From Candidatus Magasanikiibacteriota bacterium (lineage in GTDB: Bacteria > Patescibacteriota > Patescibacteriia > Magasanikbacterales > UBA922), in NCBI GenBank assembly GCA_021648085.1, contig JAKITS010000001.1, forward strand, positions 452,948 to 516,947: 64,000 nt of DNA, given 5' to 3'. Numbering within the stretch: position 1 is the first letter of the stretch; every line of letters starts with the position of its first letter. The position numbers were made by a program, and so were the translations under genes. Shown here in pieces: positions 46,817 to 57,007 of the stretch. The notes under the pieces are model-generated. The model was given only the letters and a program-made list of their open reading frames with translations, had not been told where the DNA came from and made no database searches.

Positions 46817-49800
46817 AAAAACCCGCATTTCGCGGGTTTTTTATGTTTTTATTTTAACTCTTTTCCTATTTCGTATTCTTCATCATTTTTTATCGTCACT
46901 ATTCTATCCCACCTAAAATTCAATCTACTAAAGGCTTCCTCGTTTTTAATATGTCTTTTTACTTGTTTTGTCTGGTCTGTTAGGTCTGGCTCTAGCCTAA
47001 ATACTTCTGGGTTATTTTCATATTTAACAAGTGTGTAGTTTGGATGGCGATTTGTATAATCTATTATCTCACCAATTGTGTATTTATTGAGAAGTCTTGG
47101 GTCAATATCTTCTATCCAATTCCAACTATAGTTTAGTTTATTAAATACTTCTTCAGAGTCTATCCAATATTTTTGATTACCAAGAAGTAGGTACACCATT
47201 GGATCTGTTGTAATTTTTACAAGAGCACCATATTTTGGATCATATTTTGGACCCCAAGGCATAAAACCTAAAGTGTCATCTTCTACTGTTTCTAGTCTTT
47301 TCTCTTCTACTATCTCCACATTATTCCAAGAGTCAAAGTATGTGTAGAAAACATCTGCCCTACTAAAAGCTCTTTTTTTACAGTCTGGTGTAACAAGATA
47401 TACGGCAGAAGAGTTTGGTGTTTTATATACTCCACCTTCTTTTAGACTGCAGTCTGAACCTTGTTTTTCTGTTTGAGTATCAGTCTCAGTTTCTGTATTT
47501 AACTCATTTAACAGAATTGTGTCAAAATATGTTGATGCTGTTCCACCGCTTGAAAGAAATTTAGAATAAACAGTTTTTTCTCCATTTCCAGAAGGCAGTT
47601 TCCAGTTTAATTTTGAGGTAAATGGTGTAAATACTGAACCAGCAAAATCTTTTGAATTTGAAACTGCCATTCTATCTGCATCTAATATGTTAAAAGTTAT
47701 AGTTACATCTCTTGACTCTGTTGTATAAGCTCCATAATTTATTACAACTGGATTAGAAATTTCTGATTCATCTGTTAAATTTATTAGATTAATTTTCACA
47801 GAATCATAATTTAAAAACTCTGCATACTCTATTTCCAAATCTAAAACTCCATCTTTGTTTGTGTCTACTTTTTGACTCACACCCTTTATTAGGTTCAATA
47901 TAATTGGGTCTGACTCAATTGTTACCGTAATACTCTCTTTTGCTATTCTAGAGACAAACACACTATGAAAAGAAGCTCCAACTTCTGCAGATTTTTCTTC
48001 TTGCAGGAAAAACTCTGTAAATAATAATCCTGACGATACACTTTCCGTAGCTGGAGTTTTGGATGGAGTTGGTGGTGGTGCAAAGAATCCACCGCCGGTA
48101 GACGCAACATCGTCATCTGTAATAGTTGCGGTTACACTTGCGATAGTTAAGCTGTCAAAGTTAGAGTCTGAGCTTGCAGATGTGTTTGAGATTATAGTTG
48201 TAGTCTCGCCATCAACCTCGCTATCATCTGTAGCTGTGACTGTCACAGTTTGTTCTGTATCCCAATTTGCATTTGTAAAGGTGAGGTCAGAGGAAGAAAG
48301 ACTAACTTCTGAGTTTGATAGTGCGGCTGACACAGTTACATCGTCCGTAGGTTGTGCGTCTAAAACCGCAGTGTATGTGTCAGTTGTTGACCCTTCTGTC
48401 ACAGAAACAGACGAAAGAGAGATTGTAACTCCTGCTGTATCATTGTTTGTAATTGTATATGTGTAAGTTGTAGTAGAACCTAGCGAACCTCCAACAGGGT
48501 TTGATATTGTTATTATTAGAGTTTCATCATTTTCAACCAAGTCATCATCTACTACAACCAAACTCAAAGAAGTTGTTGTGTTTCCATTTGTAATTGAAGC
48601 CGTTCCGCTAGAAAGTGTGTAATCTGTTCCACTTCCTGTTGCTGTTCCTCCTGTTATTGCATAATCTACTGAGACATCACTTACTACACTTTGATCTGAA
48701 GAAATTAAGACAGAGACTGCTGTTGTTCCCTCATCTCCAGAAGCTGTGGTTGCAGAAAAATTAATCTCATAATCAAACTGCCAACGAGTATTATTTCCAG
48801 AATCACTACAACCGGTTGTACATACTATTTGTGTACTACTTAAGTTATTATTATCTTTTACATCTAGATATTGTGCGCTCGTTGTACTTTTTGGATCAAA
48901 CTTTGTCTGTGTTCCAGAGCTACTACTTCTTAGGCTCAAAAGATTTCCAGATGTTCCTGCCAAAGTTAGAGTTCCATTTACTGTTGTGGTCGTACTAGCT
49001 GGAAGTGTAAAAGTGTTTGCAGATGAGTCTGTTTTAGTTAGGTTATAAAAAGTATTTGCACCAGAAATTGTCTGGCTTGCGCCAACAAAGTCTACCGTAC
49101 TTGAGTTTGGTGTAAGTGTACCTCCTGTGTTTAGGAAGTCTCCTGTTATATTTAATGTTCCAGTTGCTGAATATATTCCAGATGCCAAAGTTATATCATT
49201 ATTTATATTTGTTGTTGCAACACTCGGAGCCAAACTATCTCCAGAATCTGTAAAATTTATAGAAATATCATAAAAATCCACAATAGAAGTAGAATAAGCA
49301 TCTGAACTTGCATCACCATTTCCAACATATTCTACTGTTCCTGAATCTGTGTCATTTGTAAGTGTTACAGTCTCACCTCCTTGAATACGAAGTGTTCCAT
49401 CGTTGCTAAATGTACTTGAAACAGTTAAATTATTTCCATTTAATGCGACTGTTCCAGAGCTAATTGTCATTGTGCTTGTAGCTACCGTACTCGTATTGAA
49501 TGTATATGTTCCACCTCCTGTGAAAGAAACATCATAAAAAGTTGAAAAACTTGGAAGAGTGTATGAACTAGCTCCATAAAATATAGCTGAACTTCCAGAG
49601 CTAAAACTAGGATAAGTTGCGTTTGTTGTAACAGTCTCACCACCTTGCATTTTTAAAATTCCACCATCTTGTACCACTACTGTTCCAGAAGATCCATTTA
49701 CTATTAAAGTATTTCCGTTTAGGTCTAAGGTTCCTTCTATTATGTTTAAATCTGTATTCGCATAATCCATTGTTAAACCAGAATTTAATGTGACAGTTCC

Positions 49801-52357
49801 TGATGATTTATTTATGTTTATATCTGAATTTATTTTATCTTCCACTCCTGTTAAATCTATTGTCTGATCTTGGGTTCCCGTTAGGTTGAATGTGGCCACA
49901 TCTAAATTGTCAAATGTGCTGGCCATTGAAAAGTTTGTTCCAGTAAATTCTAATATATTACCAGGCATCCTACCATCAATAAGATTTAAAGTAGAAGAAA
50001 CTACTAATGTATCTCCTGAAGCAATAGTGACTGTTTGACCACTATCTCCTTCTATTGTTAAGTTTGTAAAAGTAAAAGTTGTTGGTACATCTATAGTTGC
50101 TGATGTTGAATGAGTATAATATAATGTAGTTCCATTTTCATAAACAGTAGCACCAGCTCCAATAGTAAGATTGTAAACAAGACTTGTTGTTCCGGTTGGG
50201 AATGTAAAAGTTCCGCCTGTAATAAAAAGACCCTCGTAAATATATGTGATTGAAAGATCACCTGTTCCACCATCGAAAGTACCTCCAGAAACTATTAAAG
50301 CCCTATAACTTTCCATTAATGCACTTTGCATATTGAAAGTTCCACCAGAGATATTTATAGCATAGGAGTTAAAATCCAAATAGTTTGAATTTTGAGCATC
50401 AAAAGTTCCTCCTGTCATTGTAAAAGCACCGTTAAACACAATGTCAGTAGAACTTGCGTTTATTGTTCCAGCTTCTAAATTTAAAGTACTTTCAAAAGTA
50501 GTAGAAGCTACACCAGAAAATTCTATTGTTGTATTCGTTGCGTTTAGTGTAAATTTAGGCATATCGACATCTGCTGGAATTATTATATTCCTTGTGTCTG
50601 TTCCTGTTATTTTGAGAAGTCCTGTTCCACCATCAAATGTAGTGGCCATAGAAAATCCACTTCCAGGACCTATAAATTCAAAAGTACCTGAACCATCCAA
50701 AGCACCATCAACTAAATTTAAAGTAGAAGAAACTACTAATGTATCTCCTGAAGCCATGCTCACTGTTTGATTAGTACTTCCATCAATTATAAAGTTTGTA
50801 AAAGTAAAAGTTGTTGGTACATCTATAGTTGCTGATATTGAATGAGTATAATATAATGTAGTTCCATTTTCATAAACAGTAGCAGTTGCACCAATTGTTA
50901 AATTTCTTTTTAAAGTTGTTGTTCCTGTTGGGAATGTAAAAGTTCCTCCTGAAATTGTAAGATTTGCATATGTATATTGAATTGTAAGATTTCCTGTTCC
51001 ACCATCGAAAGTTCCTCCAGAAACTGTTAAAGTGTTATAACTTTCCATTAATGCACTTTGTAAACTAAAAATACCACCTGATATAGTGGTAGAGCCATTA
51101 ATATCCAAATAATTTGAGTTTTGTGCATCAAAAGTTCCTCCTGTCATTATAATAGATTTAAAGCTTATATCCGTAGAGCTTGCATTTATAGTACCAGCAT
51201 CCAAATATAAATAACCTTCAAAAGTTGTAGACGCTACTCCAGAAAATTCTATTGTTGTGTTTACTGCGTCCAATCTAAGTAAAGGAAGCTTAACATTTGC
51301 ATCAAGTATAATATTTCTTGTTTCTACTCCTGATATCTTAAGCTGTCCAGATGATGCAGAAGATCCGCCATCAAATGTTGTAGCCAAAGAAAAACCACTC
51401 CCAGGACCTGTAAATTCTAAAACTCCAGTGCCATCTAGCTCTCCGTCTATAAGCGTAAGAGTGGAAGAGACTATTACAGTGTCACCAGTATAAATAGCTA
51501 ACCGCTGACCGCTTCCACCAGCAATTGTAAGGTTTGTAAAAGTAAAAGTTGTTGGAACATTTAAAACAGCACTAGTTATAAAAGTCATTATCAAATTTGT
51601 GCCATTTTCATATACAGTAGCACCAGCTCCAATAGTTAAATCGTCTGTAATAGTTGTTGTTCCGGTTGGGAATGTAAAAGTTCCACCTGAAATTGTAAGA
51701 TCTGCATAACTATACTGGAATATCATAGTTCCTGTTCCACCATCGAAAGTACCTCCTGAGAAAACGAAATTATTATATGGTTCGAATACTGAAGATTGCA
51801 TATTAAATGTACCTCCTGAAATTGTAGTAGATCCATTAATATCAATAATCGTATCCCCTGCATTAAATGTGCCATCAGCTTGTGTAAAATTTCCAGTAGT
51901 AAGCGTAACACCTGTTGCAACAGTAATAGTCCCAGAATAACCAGCATCTATTTGAAAAGTTGTAACAGTAGAATCAACATCAATAGTTGCATTGTCCACA
52001 TCTCCACCATCAAAAATAGCTGTGTCTCCAGAAACAGGATGAGTAGTATCATTTGCCCCACCGGTTGTGGTGGACCAATTTGTGTCAGCAGAAAAATTTC
52101 CTCCAGAAGTTCCTATCCAATATTTGGTGGCTGCTTGTGACGCCGTAGGAATTAGTGAAAAAAATAAAAATAAAAAAATAAAAAAGAATAATTTTCTATA
52201 CAAAAAATTATTTTTAGGTTTAGCTATCATATATAAAAATAAATAAAAATCTCTATTAATCTTTTAATTATATCTTTTAATTACAATAATATCAAATTGG
52301 GAATTGTGAATAAAAAATTATTAAAAACAAAAAAAGACGCTCAGCGTCTTTTTTTTA
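46817..52357. repeat. 5.5 kb direct repeat, copy 2
   Basis: Near-identical to 6834-12365; offset 39982 within the CDS. Confidence 0.95.
46849..52230 (-). CDS. Giant secreted surface protein, copy 2
   Basis: Same 1793-aa translation except HPISGDIAIF to HPVSGDTAIF. Confidence 0.85.
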   Translation of the reverse strand: MIAKPKNNFLYRKLFFFIFLFLFFSLIPTASQAATKYWIGTSGGNFSADTNWSTTTGGANDTTHPVSGDTAIFDGGDVDNATIDVDSTVTTFQIDAGYSGTITVATGVTLTTGNFTQADGTFNAGDTIIDINGSTTISGGTFNMQSSVFEPYNNFVFSGGTFDGGTGTMIFQYSYADLTISGGTFTFPTGTTTITDDLTIGAGATVYENGTNLIMTFITSAVLNVPTTFTFTNLTIAGGSGQRLAIYTGDTVIVSSTLTLIDGELDGTGVLEFTGPGSGFSLATTFDGGSSASSGQLKISGVETRNIILDANVKLPLLRLDAVNTTIEFSGVASTTFEGYLYLDAGTINASSTDISFKSIIMTGGTFDAQNSNYLDINGSTTISGGIFSLQSALMESYNTLTVSGGTFDGGTGNLTIQYTYANLTISGGTFTFPTGTTTLKRNLTIGATATVYENGTTLYYTHSISATIDVPTTFTFTNFIIDGSTNQTVSMASGDTLVVSSTLNLVDGALDGSGTFEFIGPGSGFSMATTFDGGTGLLKITGTDTRNIIIPADVDMPKFTLNATNTTIEFSGVASTTFESTLNLEAGTINASSTDIVFNGAFTMTGGTFDAQNSNYLDFNSYAINISGGTFNMQSALMESYRALIVSGGTFDGGTGDLSITYIYEGLFITGGTFTFPTGTTSLVYNLTIGAGATVYENGTTLYYTHSTSATIDVPTTFTFTNLTIEGDSGQTVTIASGDTLVVSSTLNLIDGRMPGNILEFTGTNFSMASTFDNLDVATFNLTGTQDQTIDLTGVEDKINSDININKSSGTVTLNSGLTMDYANTDLNIIEGTLDLNGNTLIVNGSSGTVVVQDGGILKMQGGETVTTNATYPSFSSGSSAIFYGASSYTLPSFSTFYDVSFTGGGTYTFNTSTVATSTMTISSGTVALNGNNLTVSSTFSNDGTLRIQGGETVTLTNDTDSGTVEYVGNGDASSDAYSTSIVDFYDISINFTDSGDSLAPSVATTNINNDITLASGIYSATGTLNITGDFLNTGGTLTPNSSTVDFVGASQTISGANTFYNLTKTDSSANTFTLPASTTTTVNGTLTLAGTSGNLLSLRSSSSGTQTKFDPKSTTSAQYLDVKDNNNLSSTQIVCTTGCSDSGNNTRWQFDYEINFSATTASGDEGTTAVSVLISSDQSVVSDVSVDYAITGGTATGSGTDYTLSSGTASITNGNTTTSLSLVVVDDDLVENDETLIITISNPVGGSLGSTTTYTYTITNNDTAGVTISLSSVSVTEGSTTDTYTAVLDAQPTDDVTVSAALSNSEVSLSSSDLTFTNANWDTEQTVTVTATDDSEVDGETTTIISNTSASSDSNFDSLTIASVTATITDDDVASTGGGFFAPPPTPSKTPATESVSSGLLFTEFFLQEEKSAEVGASFHSVFVSRIAKESITVTIESDPIILNLIKGVSQKVDTNKDGVLDLEIEYAEFLNYDSVKINLINLTDESEISNPVVINYGAYTTESRDVTITFNILDADRMAVSNSKDFAGSVFTPFTSKLNWKLPSGNGEKTVYSKFLSSGGTASTYFDTILLNELNTETETDTQTEKQGSDCSLKEGGVYKTPNSSAVYLVTPDCKKRAFSRADVFYTYFDSWNNVEIVEEKRLETVEDDTLGFMPWGPKYDPKYGALVKITTDPMVYLLLGNQKYWIDSEEVFNKLNYSWNWIEDIDPRLLNKYTIGEIIDYTNRHPNYTLVKYENNPEVFRLEPDLTDQTKQVKRHIKNEEAFSRLNFRWDRIVTIKNDEEYEIGKELK

Positions 52358-52369
52358 TTTTTGTGTGTT

Positions 52370-52963
52370 TTATTCTGCTATTTTTTTGTATTCATTTACA
52401 CTTCCAATTTCACTTAAAAGTATATTTTCCACAAAAATTCCACGAGGGTAAAAAATTCTTTCTATTTCATTTTTTAATTCTGTCTCAACCTCATCTCTTT
52501 TTACACCTACTATTTCTTCTTGTGTAAATTTACTTGCAACCATTCGAATACGACTTCTTACAGTTGGACGAATTATTTTTATTACAAAATCTTCTCCTAT
52601 TGTTTGCCACAAAGATGGGATTTGTTGAATATCCAAACGAAGTAGAATTGTTCCCTCAAAAGCAATGCGTTTTGCATCTTTTGTGACAGCCGATATTGGA
52701 ATATCTCCCATTGCTTTTTCATGCTCTGGGTTAAATTTACGAGAAATTCCATACTCCAAAGTTTGTGTATTAAAAAGCTTGGCTTTTTGCCAAAATGGTA
52801 TTTTGAAATGTAATCCTGGAGTCAAAACCTTTTTCAATACTCCACGACCAAGATCATAAACACATGCAACATATCCAGGTGGTACATAAATAAAGAAGCC
52901 TTTTAGGACATCTTCCATTACAAATGAGTACATTAATTTATCTAGTGACTCTTCTTGAGACAT
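52370..52963 (-). CDS. SPFH/prohibitin (band 7) domain protein
   Basis: VPPGY..V....G......PGLHFKIPF; IIRPTVRS.IR. Confidence 0.85.
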   Translation of the reverse strand: MSQEESLDKLMYSFVMEDVLKGFFIYVPPGYVACVYDLGRGVLKKVLTPGLHFKIPFWQKAKLFNTQTLEYGISRKFNPEHEKAMGDIPISAVTKDAKRIAFEGTILLRLDIQQIPSLWQTIGEDFVIKIIRPTVRSRIRMVASKFTQEEIVGVKRDEVETELKNEIERIFYPRGIFVENILLSEIGSVNEYKKIAE

Positions 52964-52997
52964 AATATTATTTTAAACTATTTTTCTAACAAATTTA

Positions 52998-53705
52998 CTA
53001 ACTGTCCTCCATCTTTTTTGGTGTAAAAACTACTTTAGTAAACTGGTGTACAATAACAGAAAATAGCAGAGATGTCAAGACAAAAAGTGCTTTCACCATT
53101 GGTAAAAACCATAAAATTAGAAATACTGAAAATGGAAACAAGAAGAAGTAAGCTAAATCTTTTTTTCTAACTTTTAGTTTTAATTTTTTATATTTCCTAT
53201 AAATTTCAAAAAATAACAACATTCCAACTAGTGCAGACCAAAAAAAACTATGGTTCATACCCAACTCAAAACCAAAAAAAATAGTATTTATATCTCCTGG
53301 TAACTCCACAGAAGGATACAAAAACTTTGCAATTTTATCTCCTGTAATACCACGCAGAAAAACCTGATAAATCAAAATTAAAACTACTGCTTGTATACCC
53401 AAAACAACGGCCTTTGCCCACGGCTGAACTCTGCGAAGTTTAAGCATTTTTCTTATCTCTTGCTTTTTTGTAATAGAATCCATGTGAACATTTTTCTGTA
53501 CAGCCTTCACATCTTTTATTAAAACCTCGTTTCTAACTCTATTTCTTTCGCTAACAAGAGTAAATGGTAATAATGCTATACGCAGCAAAATTGTCACATT
53601 TACAACCGCCCATCCAAGATTTTGGTTTGTCCAATTGTTATAAACCCAAATCAAAAAATTAAACAATGGTTTATATAGTAGGTCGTTCCAAATGGAAATT
53701 AACAT
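52998..53705 (-). CDS. yidC: YidC/Oxa1-family membrane insertase (short)
   Basis: NLGWAVV..TILLRIALLP; IQxxVLILIYQVF. Confidence 0.75.
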   Translation of the reverse strand: MLISIWNDLLYKPLFNFLIWVYNNWTNQNLGWAVVNVTILLRIALLPFTLVSERNRVRNEVLIKDVKAVQKNVHMDSITKKQEIRKMLKLRRVQPWAKAVVLGIQAVVLILIYQVFLRGITGDKIAKFLYPSVELPGDINTIFFGFELGMNHSFFWSALVGMLLFFEIYRKYKKLKLKVRKKDLAYFFLFPFSVFLILWFLPMVKALFVLTSLLFSVIVHQFTKVVFTPKKMEDS

Positions 53706-53745
53706 ATTTTATAAAGCTTTTATTTTTAAAGTATACCACAAAAGT

Positions 53746-55185
53746 TTAAGTTTTTTCCCAATCTTCAACATCTTTTAAATATTCGTCTTTTATACTTAAA
53801 AAATACTTTTGTGCTGGCTCGTGTTCGTTTGGGATAACCCCATCCAAAATAGCTGTCTCTATCGCCTCTTTTATCTTACCGACCGTTGGACCTGGTTTTA
53901 ATGAACACAGCTCCATAATTTCCTCTCCACGAACTGGAGACTGAAAAGCTCTCAACTTATCTCTTTCTAACACCTCTTCAATTCTCTCTTCCAAGAAATC
54001 GTAGTTTTTAAGTCTGCGCTCTTTTTTTGATGGATTTCCTGTGGTAATATCACTTCTTCCTAATTTCAATAAATCCTCCAACTCTTCACCTGCATTTACA
54101 ATAAGACGACGCACCGCGCTGTCTGTAATTTTGTCATCCATAAGGCTTATTGGGTGTTGATGCCAACGCACAAGTTTTGCAGTATAAGCAATGTCTGTTT
54201 TTTTCATTCTAAGTCGCCTCCCTATGTTCCACACCATTTTTCTACCAAGCATTTCATGCCCATCAAATGTCCAACCTCTACCTTTTGTAAATCTTTTTGT
54301 TCCTGGCTTACCAATATCGTGCATAAGTGCCGAAAAACGCAACATTACATTATCAGTATATTTAGAGATGTTATCCACAACCTTAAATGTATGTGCTAAA
54401 TTATTTTTGTGGGTTTGCCCATAAACTTCTTCGACACCATACAAATCATTTATTTCTGGTAAAAAATAATTAAAAAGTTTTGTATTATAAAGAGCCCAAA
54501 GACCAACTGAAGGTTCTTTTGTTTTAAGAAGCTTAAAAAGCTCTTCATTTATCCTTTCTTTTGAAATTATTTTTAACCTTTCTGCATTTTTTTCTATCGC
54601 TCTATAAGTTCCTTCTTCAATCTCAAAATCAAGCTGCGCAGAAAATCGAACAGCTCGCATCATACGAAGTGGATCATCAAAAAAAGTTTTATTTGGATCT
54701 ATTGGTGTTTTTAAAATTCCACCTTCTAAGTCTGCAATTCCATTAAAATTATCAACTACATTTTCAATCTTTCCAACCAACAAATCTGCAACACCTAAAG
54801 CCATAGCGTTTACTGTAAAATCTCGTCTAGACAGATCGCTTTCTAAAGTTGCAGATACAACTTTTGGCTTGCGTGTATCCTCTTTGTATTCTTCGCTTCG
54901 AGCCCCAGCAAACTCCAACTCCAAACCATTATCAAATACATATCTAGCAGTATCAAAATCTTCAAACAAAACCAAAGACCCAACCTCACCCATAACTTTA
55001 TCTACTTTTTTTGCAAACTCAACACCACTTCCCAAAACAACAAAATCCACATCTTTTGTTTTAAGTTGTGTAAAATTACCATTTGGATTATCTTTTAAGA
55101 AACGAAGTAGATCACGAACAAACCCGCCAACAACATAAACCTTCCCCACTTTCTGAATTTCCTGTAAAACTTTCTTCAATTCCAT
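53746..55185 (-). CDS. cca: CCA-adding tRNA nucleotidyltransferase/poly(A) polymerase family with HD domain
   Basis: VGGFVRD, DVD, RRDFTVNA, DDPLRMMRA.RF, HDIGK. Confidence 0.88.
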   Translation of the reverse strand: MELKKVLQEIQKVGKVYVVGGFVRDLLRFLKDNPNGNFTQLKTKDVDFVVLGSGVEFAKKVDKVMGEVGSLVLFEDFDTARYVFDNGLELEFAGARSEEYKEDTRKPKVVSATLESDLSRRDFTVNAMALGVADLLVGKIENVVDNFNGIADLEGGILKTPIDPNKTFFDDPLRMMRAVRFSAQLDFEIEEGTYRAIEKNAERLKIISKERINEELFKLLKTKEPSVGLWALYNTKLFNYFLPEINDLYGVEEVYGQTHKNNLAHTFKVVDNISKYTDNVMLRFSALMHDIGKPGTKRFTKGRGWTFDGHEMLGRKMVWNIGRRLRMKKTDIAYTAKLVRWHQHPISLMDDKITDSAVRRLIVNAGEELEDLLKLGRSDITTGNPSKKERRLKNYDFLEERIEEVLERDKLRAFQSPVRGEEIMELCSLKPGPTVGKIKEAIETAILDGVIPNEHEPAQKYFLSIKDEYLKDVEDWEKT

Positions 55186-55186
55186 A

Positions 55187-56185
55187 CTAAATCTTTTTTA
55201 AAAACATGTCTATCAGTTTTTTTTGTTTTATCTTTCCTGTAGTTTTTACACACTTTGAAACCAATTTTGCCAGAGGTAATTCTATTTTTTTTGTTTTTGT
55301 AATACTCAAAAGTGCTTTTACTGCAGAAACACCTTCCACAGTTTGTCCAACTTTTTTTATAGCATACTTTGGAGACATACCTTTTCCAAGTGCTTCACCA
55401 AAACTTCTATTTCTACCTTCTTTTGAAAATCCTGTAGTTATTAAATCTCCAATTCCTGCAAAACTGTAAACACTATCATCTTTTCCAAAAAATACCTTAT
55501 TTAATATACTCATCTCTTCTAAAGCTAACACAACAAAAACAGCTTTGGTATTTTCACTAAATCCAAGACCATCGCAAATACCCAGAATTATTGAATACAC
55601 ATTTTTTGTAAAACCACCCAACTCCACACCAACAATATCAGAAGTTGGATATAGTTTTAAAAAATCATTTTGCAAAACTGAACTCACCACTTTTATAGCT
55701 TTTTCATCTTTAGATGCGATATTCATAAAAGTATAATTTCTTGTTGCCATCTGCCTTGCGATAGCTGGACCAGAAATTGCAACGACACTTCCTTTAAACT
55801 CTTTATTTTTTTTCATTAACTCTGGAATAAATCCAAAAGTGTCAGGGCATACACCTTTCGAACTATCAACCACAATAGAATTTTTATTTAAAAATGGTAT
55901 TGTTTTTTTAAAATTACTCAATATAACATTTGTGGGTAGTGCAAAAATAACTATACTCGCACCACTTACTGCTTTTTCTAAGTCTTTTTCAGCTTTTATT
56001 TTTTTTGACAATTTTACACCTTTTAGATACTTTCTATTTTCCTGAAAACTAGCTATTTGAGTCAAAGGCTCAATATCCCCTTCCCAATTCCATATTTTTA
56101 CATTAAATCCATTTTCTGCAACTACCTGGGCCAATGCTGTACCCATATTTCCTGCACCTATTACTGTTACTGTTTTGTTAGACAT
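55187..56185 (-). CDS. gpsA: NAD(P)H-dependent glycerol-3-phosphate dehydrogenase
   Basis: GAGNMGTALA, SKG, SGP, GVELGG..KN, GIGDL, RNR.FG, VEG. Confidence 0.92.
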   Translation of the reverse strand: MSNKTVTVIGAGNMGTALAQVVAENGFNVKIWNWEGDIEPLTQIASFQENRKYLKGVKLSKKIKAEKDLEKAVSGASIVIFALPTNVILSNFKKTIPFLNKNSIVVDSSKGVCPDTFGFIPELMKKNKEFKGSVVAISGPAIARQMATRNYTFMNIASKDEKAIKVVSSVLQNDFLKLYPTSDIVGVELGGFTKNVYSIILGICDGLGFSENTKAVFVVLALEEMSILNKVFFGKDDSVYSFAGIGDLITTGFSKEGRNRSFGEALGKGMSPKYAIKKVGQTVEGVSAVKALLSITKTKKIELPLAKLVSKCVKTTGKIKQKKLIDMFLKKI

Positions 56186-56192
56186 AAATATT

Positions 56193-57002
56193 TTAAACAA
56201 AATATAAAATTAAAATTAAAGCACCCAATACAAATCTATAAATTGCAAAATCTTTGAAAGTTCTTTTTTGTATAAACCGCATCAAAAAGCAAATAGCAAA
56301 AAAACCACTTACAAATGCTGATATAAATCCTACAAAAAGATGAGAGACAGAAATGGTTTCTAAACTAGATTTGGTAATATCTAAAAAAGTCAAAAGCCCT
56401 GCGCCAAAAATTACAGGAATACTCATCAAAAAAGAAAAACTCGCCGCATCCTTCCTATTCATTCCTTTTAAAAGTCCCGCACTTATCGTAATTCCAGACC
56501 TGCTCGTACCTGGAATTAAAGCTATTGCTTGGGCAAAACCTATGAACAATGTATCTTTCCAGTTTAAGTCATTGTGTGTTTTTTGTGTTTTATGATGTCT
56601 GGATTTCCAATCTGCAAACCACAATACCCCACCCCAAAAAATAAGACCAAAAGCAACAACCAAAACAGATCTTAGACTATTTTCCACAAAATCTTTTATT
56701 AAAAAACCTACCAATACTGCTGGTAAAGTAGAAATAGCGAGCAGAAAAATAAACCTCCTTTCTTCTTTGTTATCTTCTGTTTTTCCAAAAATAGAAAATA
56801 ACAATGATAAAAGTTTTTTACGAAAATAAAATACAACAGCTAGTAAACTTCCTAAATGCAGGACAACATCGAAAAACAACCCCTGATCAGACCAGTTAAG
56901 CCAATTAGAGAGTAATATTAGATGTCCTGAAGATGAAATTGGCAAAAATTCAGCAACACCTTGCAGTATTCCTAAAAAAAATGCCTGAAAAAATGTAGTC
57001 AT
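56193..57002 (-). CDS. uppP: Undecaprenyl-diphosphatase
   Basis: EFLPISSSGH, PGTSRSG. Confidence 0.96.
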   Translation of the reverse strand: MTTFFQAFFLGILQGVAEFLPISSSGHLILLSNWLNWSDQGLFFDVVLHLGSLLAVVFYFRKKLLSLLFSIFGKTEDNKEERRFIFLLAISTLPAVLVGFLIKDFVENSLRSVLVVAFGLIFWGGVLWFADWKSRHHKTQKTHNDLNWKDTLFIGFAQAIALIPGTSRSGITISAGLLKGMNRKDAASFSFLMSIPVIFGAGLLTFLDITKSSLETISVSHLFVGFISAFVSGFFAICFLMRFIQKRTFKDFAIYRFVLGALILILYFV

Positions 57003-57007
57003 AAAAT

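Noticed and set aside
6867-52230. Diversity-generating retroelement TR/VR pair
   Set aside because: The whole gene is duplicated, the few differences are not confined to a short adenine-specific region, and there is no reverse transcriptase.
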